A stretch of 64,000 nt of DNA from Naegleria gruberi (lineage: Eukaryota): assembly GCA_000004985.1 (NCBI GenBank), contig GG738850.1. One strand, written 5' to 3'. The notes below the pieces were generated by a model. The model had not been told where the DNA came from. It worked only from the letters and a program-made list of their open reading frames with translations, and did no database searches. A program made the translations under genes and the position numbers. Positions 21,997 to 32,073 of the stretch are shown piece by piece. Position 1 is the first letter of the stretch; every line of letters begins with the position of its first letter.

Positions 21997-23025
21997 TTAA
22001 TTTTGAGCAGGAGTGGAAACTTGTTGCTTTTCTAACAATTTTCTTTCCTTTCTCTCTTGCTTTTGACTTTGTCTTTCCAATTTTCTTTGAGCTTTGACCA
22101 TTTGCTTTTCAAGCTTCTTTTCCATTTTCAAGGCAATCTTTTGTTCTTTCTTTTGGAGTTTCAACAAAAGGTTTTCATCAGAAATTGGAGCACTCTCCTG
22201 GGTAATTGTAACTTCAGCAACTTGAACTTGTTCAGTAATAACTGGCTCAACAGTTACGCTAACTGGAGCTGATGGTTCAGTAACTTGAGTTGTGACAGTT
22301 GCAGTATCAACAGGTGGTTGAATGGTGATTTCTTGCTCTTTTTGCTTTTTGAAGACAATCTTTTCGAGCTTTCTTTGACCCTTGAGCATTTTCTTTTCTA
22401 ATTTGAATGCCTTCTTTTCTTCCTTCTTTTGAAGTCTGAGTTGGAGCTTTTCCTCTTTGGTTGGTGTTGGCTCAATTGTAGTTTGAACAGTGTTAGCATT
22501 TTCAGTTGGAGAATTGAGATCTTTGGATGACTTTCTAATAGATTTCATTTCAAATTTGATAGATTTCAATTGTTCCTTCTTCAGCTTGATTTCATCGTTC
22601 AAAGTTTCAACTTGTTGCTTCTTTTCTGAAAGAATTTGAGTTTGTTCTTCACTCAATTTAGGTCTTTCCTTGATGTATTTTTGTCTCTTTTCCTTCTTTT
22701 CAAGATTCAACTTGTTCTTATTTACTAATCTAAGGAGAATTGGCTTATCCAATAATTGTTGATTGCTAACTAATTTCATCAATTCGGAAAAATCATTTTC
22801 ATCATTAATAATAATTGTTTTTCTCTTCTTTTCACCAGATGATGGAACCATTGCCTTGACTTTAAAGCTGGTTGCTTCTTCACCTTGAACAAATTCTCTA
22901 ATAGAATTGGACAAGTCTCCGAAACTCATCAAATTAATAAGTTTTTCCATCCTATTTTCTTCCTTGTTTCTCATCATTAATTTACCAGAAATTTGAGCGT
23001 TGGTAGCAGTAGTAATAGCAGACAT
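21997..23025 (-). CDS. Protein with an N-terminal PB1-like domain and two tandem ~40-aa Lys/Glu-rich coiled-coil repeats
   Basis: The likely ATG at 23025 (MSAITTATN...) follows an A-rich leader. The ORF-track N-terminus from 23139 is hydrophobic read-through. FKVKAMVPSSGEKKRKTIIINDENDFSELMKL resembles a PB1 fold. Repeats: LQLRLQKKEEKKAFKLEKKMLKGQRKLEK and LLLKLQKKEQKIALKMEKKLEKQMVKAQRKLER. Confidence 0.45.
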   Translation of the reverse strand: MSAITTATNAQISGKLMMRNKEENRMEKLINLMSFGDLSNSIREFVQGEEATSFKVKAMVPSSGEKKRKTIIINDENDFSELMKLVSNQQLLDKPILLRLVNKNKLNLEKKEKRQKYIKERPKLSEEQTQILSEKKQQVETLNDEIKLKKEQLKSIKFEMKSIRKSSKDLNSPTENANTVQTTIEPTPTKEEKLQLRLQKKEEKKAFKLEKKMLKGQRKLEKIVFKKQKEQEITIQPPVDTATVTTQVTEPSAPVSVTVEPVITEQVQVAEVTITQESAPISDENLLLKLQKKEQKIALKMEKKLEKQMVKAQRKLERQSQKQERKERKLLEKQQVSTPAQN

Positions 23026-23288
23026 TTTGTTAATTGTTGAATTATCAAAACAAATCAATTGGGTTGTTTTTAATCTCAAAAAGAACCAAGCAATGTTCAC
23101 CACCAGAATCCAATAATAGTTTTGTAAGGTTCCAAACAATTTTGCAATTTACAAAGAGACGATAACGATTTATTTACGTATTTACAAGTCAAAGAAGAAG
23201 CATTTCTCAACATTACATTTCTTTCTATCTTAATGTTTAGCAGCCAAACCCAATTGTAAAATTCTGAATTGGCAATGAACAGTGGATT

Positions 23289-23297
23289 TTTGGCGCC
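23289..23297 (+). promoter_or_regulatory. E2F-like TTTGGCGCC in the divergent promoter between the 21997-23025 gene and the 23328 gene
   Basis: Third exact copy of the 9-mer, in a 302-nt divergent intergenic region. Confidence 0.35.
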
Positions 23298-23327
23298 AGA
23301 ATTCAAATTCAACAAACTTTGAAAAAA

Positions 23328-23690
23328 ATGGATTCAAATTATCATAACGTTTGCCACAGAGGATGTATGATTGATATTATTGATCGGGAGTGGATGATGG
23401 ATGTACTTCCAAATGATGATATTACTATTATTTTACCAAATGATAATTCATCTAAAAATCCAATTCAAAATACATTGTCTCAACTCACGAATAACCATCC
23501 GAGCCTGGCAACTCATCCTCTCTTTGTTGAAGATGGAGTGGCTATTGCTGATATGAAGGATAATTCAATACTCGGAGATAATCACTTGCAAGGAATTGAT
23601 AGACCACCAAGTGAATTTGTTCATCATGTAAATGAATGGAATGATTTAAATCTTTTCAGTTTACTGGAGAGACAAGACGAAACGGATTAA
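23328..23690 (+). CDS. Small acidic hypothetical protein of about 120 aa with an N-terminal CHRGC motif
   Basis: ATG at 23328 after ttgaaaaaaa (the track start at 23319 is TTG). No recognisable domain. Confidence 0.35.
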   Translation: MDSNYHNVCHRGCMIDIIDREWMMDVLPNDDITIILPNDNSSKNPIQNTLSQLTNNHPSLATHPLFVEDGVAIADMKDNSILGDNHLQGIDRPPSEFVHHVNEWNDLNLFSLLERQDETD

Positions 23691-23778
23691 TTTACAAATA
23701 TTTACATAATATATTAGATTATACATTATACAGAGGAACCTCTGACATCATTCCTAAATACTTTCAATATTATTAATA

Positions 23779-24264
23779 TTATTGATTGTAGCGACAAAAC
23801 AAATTCTTCTCGGTGGCATAAAGTTTTGTGTACATTTTAGCCATTGAATTGAATCCTCTATCATCATTATTTCTAATTAAATTTCCAGCATCACAATTTA
23901 ATGGTGAATCGGAACCTTCCTTTGGATTAGACATCATTGATACAATAGCCCTACAAACATTTAATAAAGTCCAAACAGGGCTCCACTTATCCTTCAAAAT
24001 ATCCATACATATTTCTCCACTTTCAAAATGTACATTTGGGTGAAAGATTTTAGTAATAAATTCAACTTTTGGTGCAGAAATTGGATATTCTTTCGGAACT
24101 TGAATTTTTAATTCGAAAACACCATCCTCATAACAAGTTCCCTTTGGTCCAATGCATTTTGCATACCACAAATAAATATTATTTTCATCGGGTTGAAGAA
24201 CAAGATCAGCCTGATTGGCTTTTTGGATCTCGTTATATTCCTTCATGATTCGTTTGCTTGCCAT
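23779..24264 (-). CDS. Ubiquitin-conjugating enzyme E2 (UBC fold), resembling the peroxisomal E2 PEX4
   Basis: HPNVHFESGEICMDILKDKWSPVWTLLNVCRAI carries the UBC active-site motif (HPN...GxICxDIL...WSP). The C-terminal SPLNCDAGNLIRNNDDRGFNSMAKMYT resembles the PEX4/UBC21 type. ATG at 24264. Confidence 0.8.
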   Translation of the reverse strand: MASKRIMKEYNEIQKANQADLVLQPDENNIYLWYAKCIGPKGTCYEDGVFELKIQVPKEYPISAPKVEFITKIFHPNVHFESGEICMDILKDKWSPVWTLLNVCRAIVSMMSNPKEGSDSPLNCDAGNLIRNNDDRGFNSMAKMYTKLYATEKNLFCRYNQ

Positions 24265-24455
24265 TTTTTTTTGATTTTGCTTTCCGATGATGATGTTTCC
24301 ATATCATTCCTCAAATATAAAAATAGCAAGTAGTCTTATTAGCAGAAAACAAGTTGAAAAAAGCATTCTTTGCTTCTTTACTGTTATTAATCAAACTCCT
24401 CATTGAAATACAGTAACTCCCTCAAACACTCATAAGGAAGGAGCCTCAAACAACA

Positions 24456-26179
24456 ATGCTGTGTCCACCACTCGATTTTCCAAGGTTGCAAAAAAATATG
24501 ACGACCACGAATCGACCTTCTCGTGGGCGGAAGAAGATTCCAAGGTATGTGCTCGGGCATTTATTAATTTTTTCATCTTCATTATCTATTGTGTGATGAT
24601 ATCATTCTGTATTATTAAAATAGTGCATCCTATTATTTGGGCTATGTTGAAGATGATGAATCAATAGAGTCAATTATGCAAAAGTTCGACGAATTGGAAA
24701 AATTAAAATCATCAAATCTTTCGGAATGTGCTGCTTCTTCATCGTCATCTAAAAGTATGGTGAATGGAAAAGGGAAAGAACCAGCAGAAACAACATTGGA
24801 TGGAGGAGCAATTACACCACTTGAAGAAGATTCCTATCTCAATGAAGAATTGCAAGAGGAATTGTTTAAAAGAACTTCACATCATTCCATTCAATCAAAT
24901 ATTTACTCAGAAATTATGTCAAACTATAATACTGAACAAGGTGAATTGGATGAGATGGATGATGGTGATGGACAGGAGGCTTCTGATTATTCTTCTGATG
25001 AGGATTATGTTGATAATTTTCAAGATGGAGAATCTGATGGATCAACTGAGGAGAATTTGAATATTTGTGTGAGTGACAGTGAAATTGTCAATGAGGAATC
25101 CTTTGACGAAGAAGAAGAGGAGGAAATCATTGATGATGAAGAATCTAGTAGAGCTAAAAAGAAGAGAAAATCCAATCAGACCAATGGAAGGAAACGAAAC
25201 ACTCAGAAAAAGGGTGATAATACTATCAAGGATTTAGTCACACTCGATCCAAATATGAACTTTTTGAATTCATTTGAAGGAAATTCGACGACCAACTCAA
25301 AGAAATCCAGAGCTACCAGCAATATAGAAATTGTAAATATTCCAACAGCAGAGAAAATACTCAATTCCTGGGCTAAACATATACAAAGAGTAACACCAAA
25401 GGAATGTAAAAAATATAAGGCATACAGTGAATGTCAAACAATTGATTTGACCAATTTTGAAGAAGATTTATCAGGAAAATTAATGTTTAATAGAACTAAC
25501 TCAAAGAAATCATCAACCTTTGTATCAAGTGTATACACATTCGATACTGAAGAGGATGTAATCATAACGAACCGAGTTTTAGATTATAATTTTAAATCGA
25601 TATGTAAAAATCAGCCGTTTGAGGGGATTTTAATTGATCCACCCTATCACTCAATACAAGTGAAAGATCTGGTATGTAATCTCAGTAATCTCAACATTGT
25701 AATCTTAACAATTGTAATTTCGGATAATTAAGAAAAAATTACCACTCGATAAGAAATGGTTCATAGAGAGAGGTTACTGTTTTGTATGGATTGAAAAGGA
25801 ATTTACAGTTGAAGTTGTTAAAATAATGAAAGGATTTGATTTTGAATATGTAGATAGTTTAACTTGGGTTAAAGAAACCATTCATCAACATTCCTCAACA
25901 CTCCCATCTCAATTATTTCCCAGAGGCAAGTTGAATCTATTCATCTTTAGAAAGATGAATGATCTCACTAAAACCATGCACATTAAACACCAGAGAAATG
26001 CAGATGTGGTTCTTGATTTTGAAAAGGACAACCCACGACACAGACCACCAGTCATATTTCACATGATTGAAACTCTATTATCATCTTCTGATAGATTTTT
26101 GGAATTGTGGGGAGAAGGTTGTTATCAACATTGTAAATTCAAAACATCCTCTAAATGGACTATCATAAAGGAAGAATAG
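24456..26179 (+). CDS. MT-A70-family N6-adenine methyltransferase with a long acidic N-terminal region. Three exons: 24456..24544, 24624..25671 and 25733..26179.
   Basis: The ATG at 24456 in frame 0 gives phase-consistent splicing: GTATGT donor at 24545 and AG acceptor at 24623; second GTATGT donor at 25672 and TTAAG acceptor at 25732. The track GTG-start ORF in another frame cannot be spliced in phase. The catalytic region spans intron 2 (EGILIDPPYHSIQVKDL | KKLPLDKKWFIERGYCFVWIEKEF...ELWGEGCYQHCKF), i.e. the DPP[WY] motif followed by the MT-A70 GY/CFxW block. The middle 250 aa are Asp/Glu/Ser-rich low complexity. Confidence 0.6.
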
Positions 26180-26597
26180 AATATAGATATAGATTCATAT
26201 TGTAACAAAGGGAGTTGTTTTTGAACATTCCAGTGTTGCATCTTTAATTGATAAACATGTAAAGTTTGTCTAGGTTTGACTCCGGAAGAATAGGATATCA
26301 TACATTTTTAACTCACGCACTTTTTCGTTTTGTCATTTATCAGCATTACTCCTCAAACCACACTGCCATTTTCAATTCTCACCTCCAATACCGTAGTAAA
26401 CGAATCATTACGAAAATCGAGTCATCATTTTCAGAAAAAAAAACAAGAAGAACATCAACTGGTGGCACACACTAAAGCTGCTGCACTTGCAAAAAACATC
26501 TACAAAGGCTTTCAACAAGTCGCACTCGAATCTTCCGCTTCTTTAGAAAACAACACAAAACCTTCACATTCAAATATTATTTGAAAACAATATCGAT

Positions 26598-27350
26598 ATG
26601 AAAAAGTATACAGTTTCAGCATCACTGAGTAGAGAAGATGAAAAGGATTTCTTTACTACTAAGAAAGTCAATTCAACCACTGATGATTTTCCAGAGTCAA
26701 CTACAACATCATCAATTTATAATAACAAACAGAGGAGAGGAATTGTTCATCGATCACAAACTCAATTACAGGCCAACAAGCAAGTACAAATAATAGAGGA
26801 ATTAAAAGAAGAAGAAGAAGAACCAGCAGAAGAAGAAACTGTACAGAACAAACAAACTACAAGACCAATAGGTATTAAAACAACAACTATAATAGAACCT
26901 TCATCTGTCAATGATAGTGCAGAGAATAGTATTTCAGATGCGAGCGTTGTTTCCTCAGTTGCTGCTAGCAGTTTATCATCTAACACATCTTCATCTGTTG
27001 CCTCATCTGTGGAATCAAATCCAAGTTCTTCACCAATTATTAAAAAGAAAAAATTCACATTTGGAGGATTAATCAAGAGAAAACAAAATGCTGATAGTGA
27101 TGCATCTAGTCCAAATGCCAATGGTTCAGCCTCTCCTAACCTCAATGATTCCCCTAATTCTACATCTACCACTAATTTTGAATCCAATTCCCTTCCAAAA
27201 CGACCTCAAGTCATCAGTGTAAATGATGGCAGTGATTTTAGGAAAAAGTTACAAGATAGAAAGAGAAATGCAGGTGGAACTGGTATGAAAATTGTCAAAC
27301 AAAATGATCAACTTATCGTATCTCAAAACAATTCAACTCTAGAAGAATAA
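26598..27350 (+). CDS. Ser/Thr/Asn-rich low-complexity hypothetical protein, 250 aa
   Basis: ORF with ATG at 26598. Ser-rich tracts (SVVSSVAASSLSSNTSSSVASSVESNPSSS), a KKKKFTFGGLIKRKQ basic patch and an acidic EEEEEPAEEE stretch. Weak coding evidence. Confidence 0.35.
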   Translation: MKKYTVSASLSREDEKDFFTTKKVNSTTDDFPESTTTSSIYNNKQRRGIVHRSQTQLQANKQVQIIEELKEEEEEPAEEETVQNKQTTRPIGIKTTTIIEPSSVNDSAENSISDASVVSSVAASSLSSNTSSSVASSVESNPSSSPIIKKKKFTFGGLIKRKQNADSDASSPNANGSASPNLNDSPNSTSTTNFESNSLPKRPQVISVNDGSDFRKKLQDRKRNAGGTGMKIVKQNDQLIVSQNNSTLEE

Positions 27351-27608
27351 GAATTACTTTTTCCTTTTTAGTTTTTTTTCGAGAAATGGTTGGTTGTTAA
27401 AACAAACTAACTAAATAAATTTTGCAATTAATTTTAAAAACCTCATTACAATTAAAATATGGAAAGCAATTTAACATTTTGCACTTTCTTATCTATTTTT
27501 ATTAATAAAACCTCAGAGCGAACAATAATTAAGGTTGCAACCTGATCTTTTCGAGAAATAGAGGAAAAAAAATAATTTAAGGAGTGCACAACCTTAACGT
27601 GACCAAGT

Positions 27609-27617
27609 TTTGGCGCC
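27609..27617 (+). promoter_or_regulatory. E2F-like TTTGGCGCC upstream of the SDR gene
   Basis: Fourth exact copy of the 9-mer, inside a comparatively GC-rich 600-nt intergenic region about 340 nt upstream of the ATG at 27957. Confidence 0.3.
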
Positions 27618-27956
27618 ATTAGTCTAAGAAGGAACTACGGAATATTTTCGAAAACCGACTAATTAGGGAGAACCTGTTGACATTAAATATTCCGTGCTGG
27701 TACTTAAAAGGTGTGGTGTGAAATAATATTAGCATTAGCTTTGGGAAGTGTGGATTACGTAGCCATTGTAAAGCGAAAGTGGAAAAGAAACCTATTGTCC
27801 TATTACAAATAGCATAGCCATGAATTTTCCTCTTCTAACAACTTGCTAGGCAAAGTTTCGTCAAGCTACCCGCCTCACCGATCACATCCTCCATTCTTCC
27901 GAGCACAGTTTAAATACAAACGATTCTTCCAGGCCAGTCAAAACACAACCAAAAAA

Positions 27957-29009
27957 ATGTTCACCATCTCTACTATTATTTTCTTAACGATTGTGTATAA
28001 TATCTATTGGCATTACTACAGAAAGGAACTCTCCTTGAAGGGTAAAACTGCATTGATTACAGGTTAGTATTTTTTGTATTTTTAAATGATAATAATGCAT
28101 TCATTTTACAATTTTAATGATGATCATCATTTATCGGATCATGTAATAATCTAATTATTTTGATCAAAGGTGGAAGTAGAGGTATTGGTAGATTATGTGC
28201 TGAAAAGTTATTGGAAAATGAACAAGTTAAATGTGTAATTATTTGGGATGTTGATGAAAAATCACTTGCCGAATGTCAACAAACATTGAGTGATAAGTAT
28301 GGCAAAGATCGTATTGTTACTCGTCAAGTTGATATCACGAACAGGGAAAAGGTTTATGAAGAAAGAGATTTAATCTTCCAAAATCATGCTTCTGTTGACA
28401 TTTTGCTCAACAATGCTGGTATTGTCAATGGTAAGAAATTGTTGGACACTCCAGATGATGCCATTGAAAGAGTTTTCAAAGTCAATACTGTTTCTCACTG
28501 TTATACAGTTAAGGCCTTCTTACCTAAAATGATTGAGACCAAGAGAGAATCTCATATTGTAACTATTGCCTCTGCAGCTGGTATTTGTGCCACTTCTGGA
28601 CTTTCTGTAAGTTTTTAATAATTATTGAACTGTTTTAACTTTTTCTATACAGGATTATAGTGCTTCCAAGTTTGGAGCTTTCGGATTTAATGAAGCTTTG
28701 AGAATGGAATTAAAGTATCAAAAGTTGGATCATATTCACACTACTTGTGTTTGTCCATTCTACATCAAGACTGATTTATTTGCTGGTATTAAAGATGTAA
28801 TCCCTTATGTCTTCCCAGTTTTGGATCCTAATTGGGTTGCTCAGAGAATTATCAAGGCATTGAAGAAGAATGAAGAAGTTGTTATTTTGCCAGAGACTTT
28901 GAGATTAGTGTTTTTATTCAGATTCTTGTTACCTGTTTCAATTTGTGATAAACTCATTCAATTGATGGGCATTAGTAGCAGTATGGAAACTTTCACTGGT
29001 AGAAAATAA
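27957..29009 (+). CDS. Short-chain dehydrogenase/reductase (17beta-HSD/retinol dehydrogenase-like) with an N-terminal membrane anchor. Three exons: 27957..28062, 28170..28606 and 28653..29009.
   Basis: The Rossmann motif spans intron 1 (KTALITG | GSRGIGRLCAEK) and the catalytic YSASK spans intron 2 (ATSGLS | DYSASKFGAF). Also the NNAG motif (LLNNAGIV). Introns: GTTAGT...CAAAG (28063-28169) and GTAAGT...TACAG (28607-28652). N-terminal TM: FTISTIIFLTIVYNIYW. Confidence 0.8.
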
Positions 29010-29052
29010 TTTTTAATATAATTTATTAAAATTTAAAATTTATTAGAAAAAA

Positions 29053-30490
29053 ATGATTGAAGCGATACTGTACTGTGAATTTGATAATGCTAAGGGTTCA
29101 ATGATCATGTTCCAATACCCACGTATGAAAATATCGAACGATTTATTTGAAACCTATTCGGAATTTGTTATTACCAAGACAAAATTATGTGGGAAGTGTG
29201 TTTCTTTCCGACATGAAAATTTAATATTTATCGGAGTGCCACAATGTATAGAAGGATCGAAATATGAGAGAAATGCTCTCTTGTTTAATTTAGTTTTTGT
29301 TGTTGATATTACAAAATTAAAACCTCACTATCCACCAGAAGCCTTTAAACCAATTGCTTCAAAATTATCATACTACTTGAGAAATTTGGAATTGGAATCG
29401 GAATACTTATTTAAACAGGAGTCTAAGCAAAATCTGCAATATATATTGGAGAAGATTTATGTGGATTTATCAACGAAACAAGAATGTTCAATTTACATTG
29501 ATTCAGCACATTCACTTCATTTGAAATTAATTCCCTATTTACAGAAACCACCAATTGTTCATGCTCATGATGTACCAATACCTATTCGAAATTTACATGC
29601 TCTAATATTTCAACAAAAGGATGTGTGGGATATTACATTCTCCCAAATTATTCCACACATTGATGGTGTTTCATTTGTGAAGCAAATTGCCATTCAAAGT
29701 AATGTACACGTAGAATTTGTGAAAAAAAGTTTACAGCACTTATTGTAAGTGAAATATTTAAAAATTTGGTTATTAATAACTGAGAATTTAGGTATTTTCA
29801 GTGTATTAAATTGATTGACATATTTCAATATAGCAACATGTATGCTTTGAAAAATAAGAAAGTTGTGATGCAACTCTTTTCTAGAAGAGACCTCGAGGAA
29901 GAAATGATACATTACATATGCCCTGGTATTGACAAGGGAAATATGCCTGATTCCTCTCAAATTCTTCATCATATTTTGCAAATTTATTGTAAATTCAAAC
30001 CTGGTCTAAGATTACAAGAAATTGTGGAAAAACATCACCACCTCTGTCAATATATTAATCCAAAGTAAGTTACTACTCAAAATTATTGCTTACTTAATCA
30101 ACAAAATCAAAAAGATGCTTAATTACATATGGTCTATTGAAGGGATTTATCAAACGAGTTCACGAATATCCATTCCTTCTCAAAGATGAACCTCCAACAT
30201 TTGTACCATCAAATGATGAGCTGACTAGTTCTCAGAGTTCTGAAAATCTCGATCAAAGTGGTTCTCCAATGTCTGGATCTTTTGAATCCTCTCCATCCAA
30301 AACATTTACCGTCATTACAAAACAAAAGAAACTCAATCCAAATTTCCACATTGTCAATAGAGAAACACTGAGGCCCTACATTACTGGAAAATATTGTATC
30401 GATGAAATATGTTGTGAATTGGAAATAACGAGAACAGAACTCATGAAGTCCTTAGAACAATTCGAAAATGTACAAATTCTTTTCAGATAA
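29053..30490 (+). CDS. NPRL2: Nitrogen permease regulator 2-like (NPRL2, a GATOR1 subunit). Three exons: 29053..29744, 29792..30064 and about 30115..30490.
   Basis: The N-terminus MIEAILYCEFDNAKGSMIMFQYP resembles the NPR2/NPRL2 longin-like start, and the colinear track ORFs 29811-30068 and 30137-30490 continue it. Intron 1 is GTAAGT (29745) to TTTAG (29791), phase 2. Intron 2 has a GTAAGT donor at 30065; the acceptor is ambiguous (AG at 30114 keeps frame; AG at 30142 would not). Confidence 0.55.
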
Positions 30491-30559
30491 AAACTAATAT
30501 TTAATAGATAATAATATGTAATATTATATTTAATAAATTTTTAAATTAAATTAAAAAAA

Positions 30560-31897
30560 ATGACAAAACTTGAAACCACACTACGATCACTATTCAAATC
30601 CCTGATTTGTCATATTTTACTTTCATCAATATTATTTATTCTAGTATTGGATATAAACCGATCAACGTTCGGAATCAATGCGGAAACAACAACAATACAT
30701 CAGACGGATTTTTCAAATCCAAAACTACAACAAGTCTTGGAAAAATTCTTCTCTAAATCATCGGATGGAAATGTAAAACATTCTAACAATTGGGTTGTAT
30801 TATTAAATACTAGTAGATTTTGGTTTAATTACAGACACATTGCTAATACATTATCATTCTATCATATTGTGAAGAATCTTGGTATTCCTGATTCACAGAT
30901 TTTACTCATGTTAGCTGATGATGTTGCTTGTAATCCTAGAAATAGATATCCTGGTGAGGTTTTTAATAATAGAAATAGACAAAAGAATATCTATGGAGAA
31001 AATGTTGAAGTTGACTATAGAGGATATGAAGTGACTGTGGAACAATTTTTGAGAGTTTTAACTGGAAGACATCATGACTCTGTACCAAGAAGCAAGAGAT
31101 TAATGAGTGATGAGCATAGTAATGTATTAATATTTATGACAGGCCATGGTGGTGACGAATTTTTCAAATTCCAAGATCAAGAAGAAATTAACAGTGCAGA
31201 TATTGCTGATGCTGTTCAACAAATGGCTGAAAGAAAGAGATTTAAAGAATTATTAATGATTGTAGATACCTGTCAAGCAGGCTCTTTATTTGACAAACTT
31301 TATACTCCAAACGTTTTGGCAGTAGGAAGTAGTTTGAGAGGACAAAATTCTTATTCAGTAAGTATTTTAGCATTATTTGATTGGAATTGAAATTAACATG
31401 TTTAGCATCATTCTGATCCTGATATTGGAGTTGCTGTTATTGATAGATTTACTTATTACACTCTTGAATTTTTCGAAAATCGTAATTTCAGACAAAATCC
31501 ACCATCCATTGAAAAATGGGTAAGTTCTAACTTGAAAATAATGAATTCACACAAATAGTTCCGAACATACACTTCTGAAAACTTGATTTCAACTCCTAAC
31601 ATGAGAAGAGATTTATTTGAAAGAAATACAAATAGTGTTCCACTCACAGACTTCTTTGGTTCGGATATTAAGATTGAATTCCAAGAGGATTTATTTAAAC
31701 GTGAAAATATGACCCGCTTTAACAAGTACACCCCAAAACATTCTAATAACGACTACAATCAACAATTCTCCAATGAGAAACTTACTGAAAATGAAAATGC
31801 TGTTGAAATAACCTTCCAAAAATCAGTTTCATTCCTAGATATTAAGGTTATTTCTATTGTTGCAATTGGATTATTGATTTTCTTAATATTTAAATAA
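30560..31897 (+). CDS. GPI8: GPI-anchor transamidase catalytic subunit GPI8/PIG-K (peptidase C13). Three exons: 30560..31357, 31406..31519 and 31559..31897.
   Basis: Signal peptide followed by the C13 core ([74 protein letters not shown]; catalytic His and Cys present). Two GTAAGT introns (31358-31405 and 31520-31558) are both phase 0. C-terminal TM: [15 protein letters not shown]. Confidence 0.85.
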
Positions 31898-32073
31898 TTA
31901 ATTTATAAATTTATTAATTTCTTCCCAACAACTTTTAGAAAACTTTCAGAAACGAGGTATTGCAAGCAATTTGCAAGTTATTAGATTTTATGTCTATGAA
32001 AGGACCAGATATTTACATTTTTCTTTACAATTTACATTAATATTAATATTTATTACACCCTTAAATAAATAGG

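Noticed and set aside
23026-23139. N-terminal 38 codons of ORF 21997..23139 (MFGTLQNYYWILVVNIAWFFLRLKTT...)
   Set aside because: Hydrophobic and composition-atypical; lacks an A-rich leader. The downstream ATG at 23025 has the typical acaaaATG context and starts a plausible PB1-like domain, so the extension is probably 5' UTR read-through.
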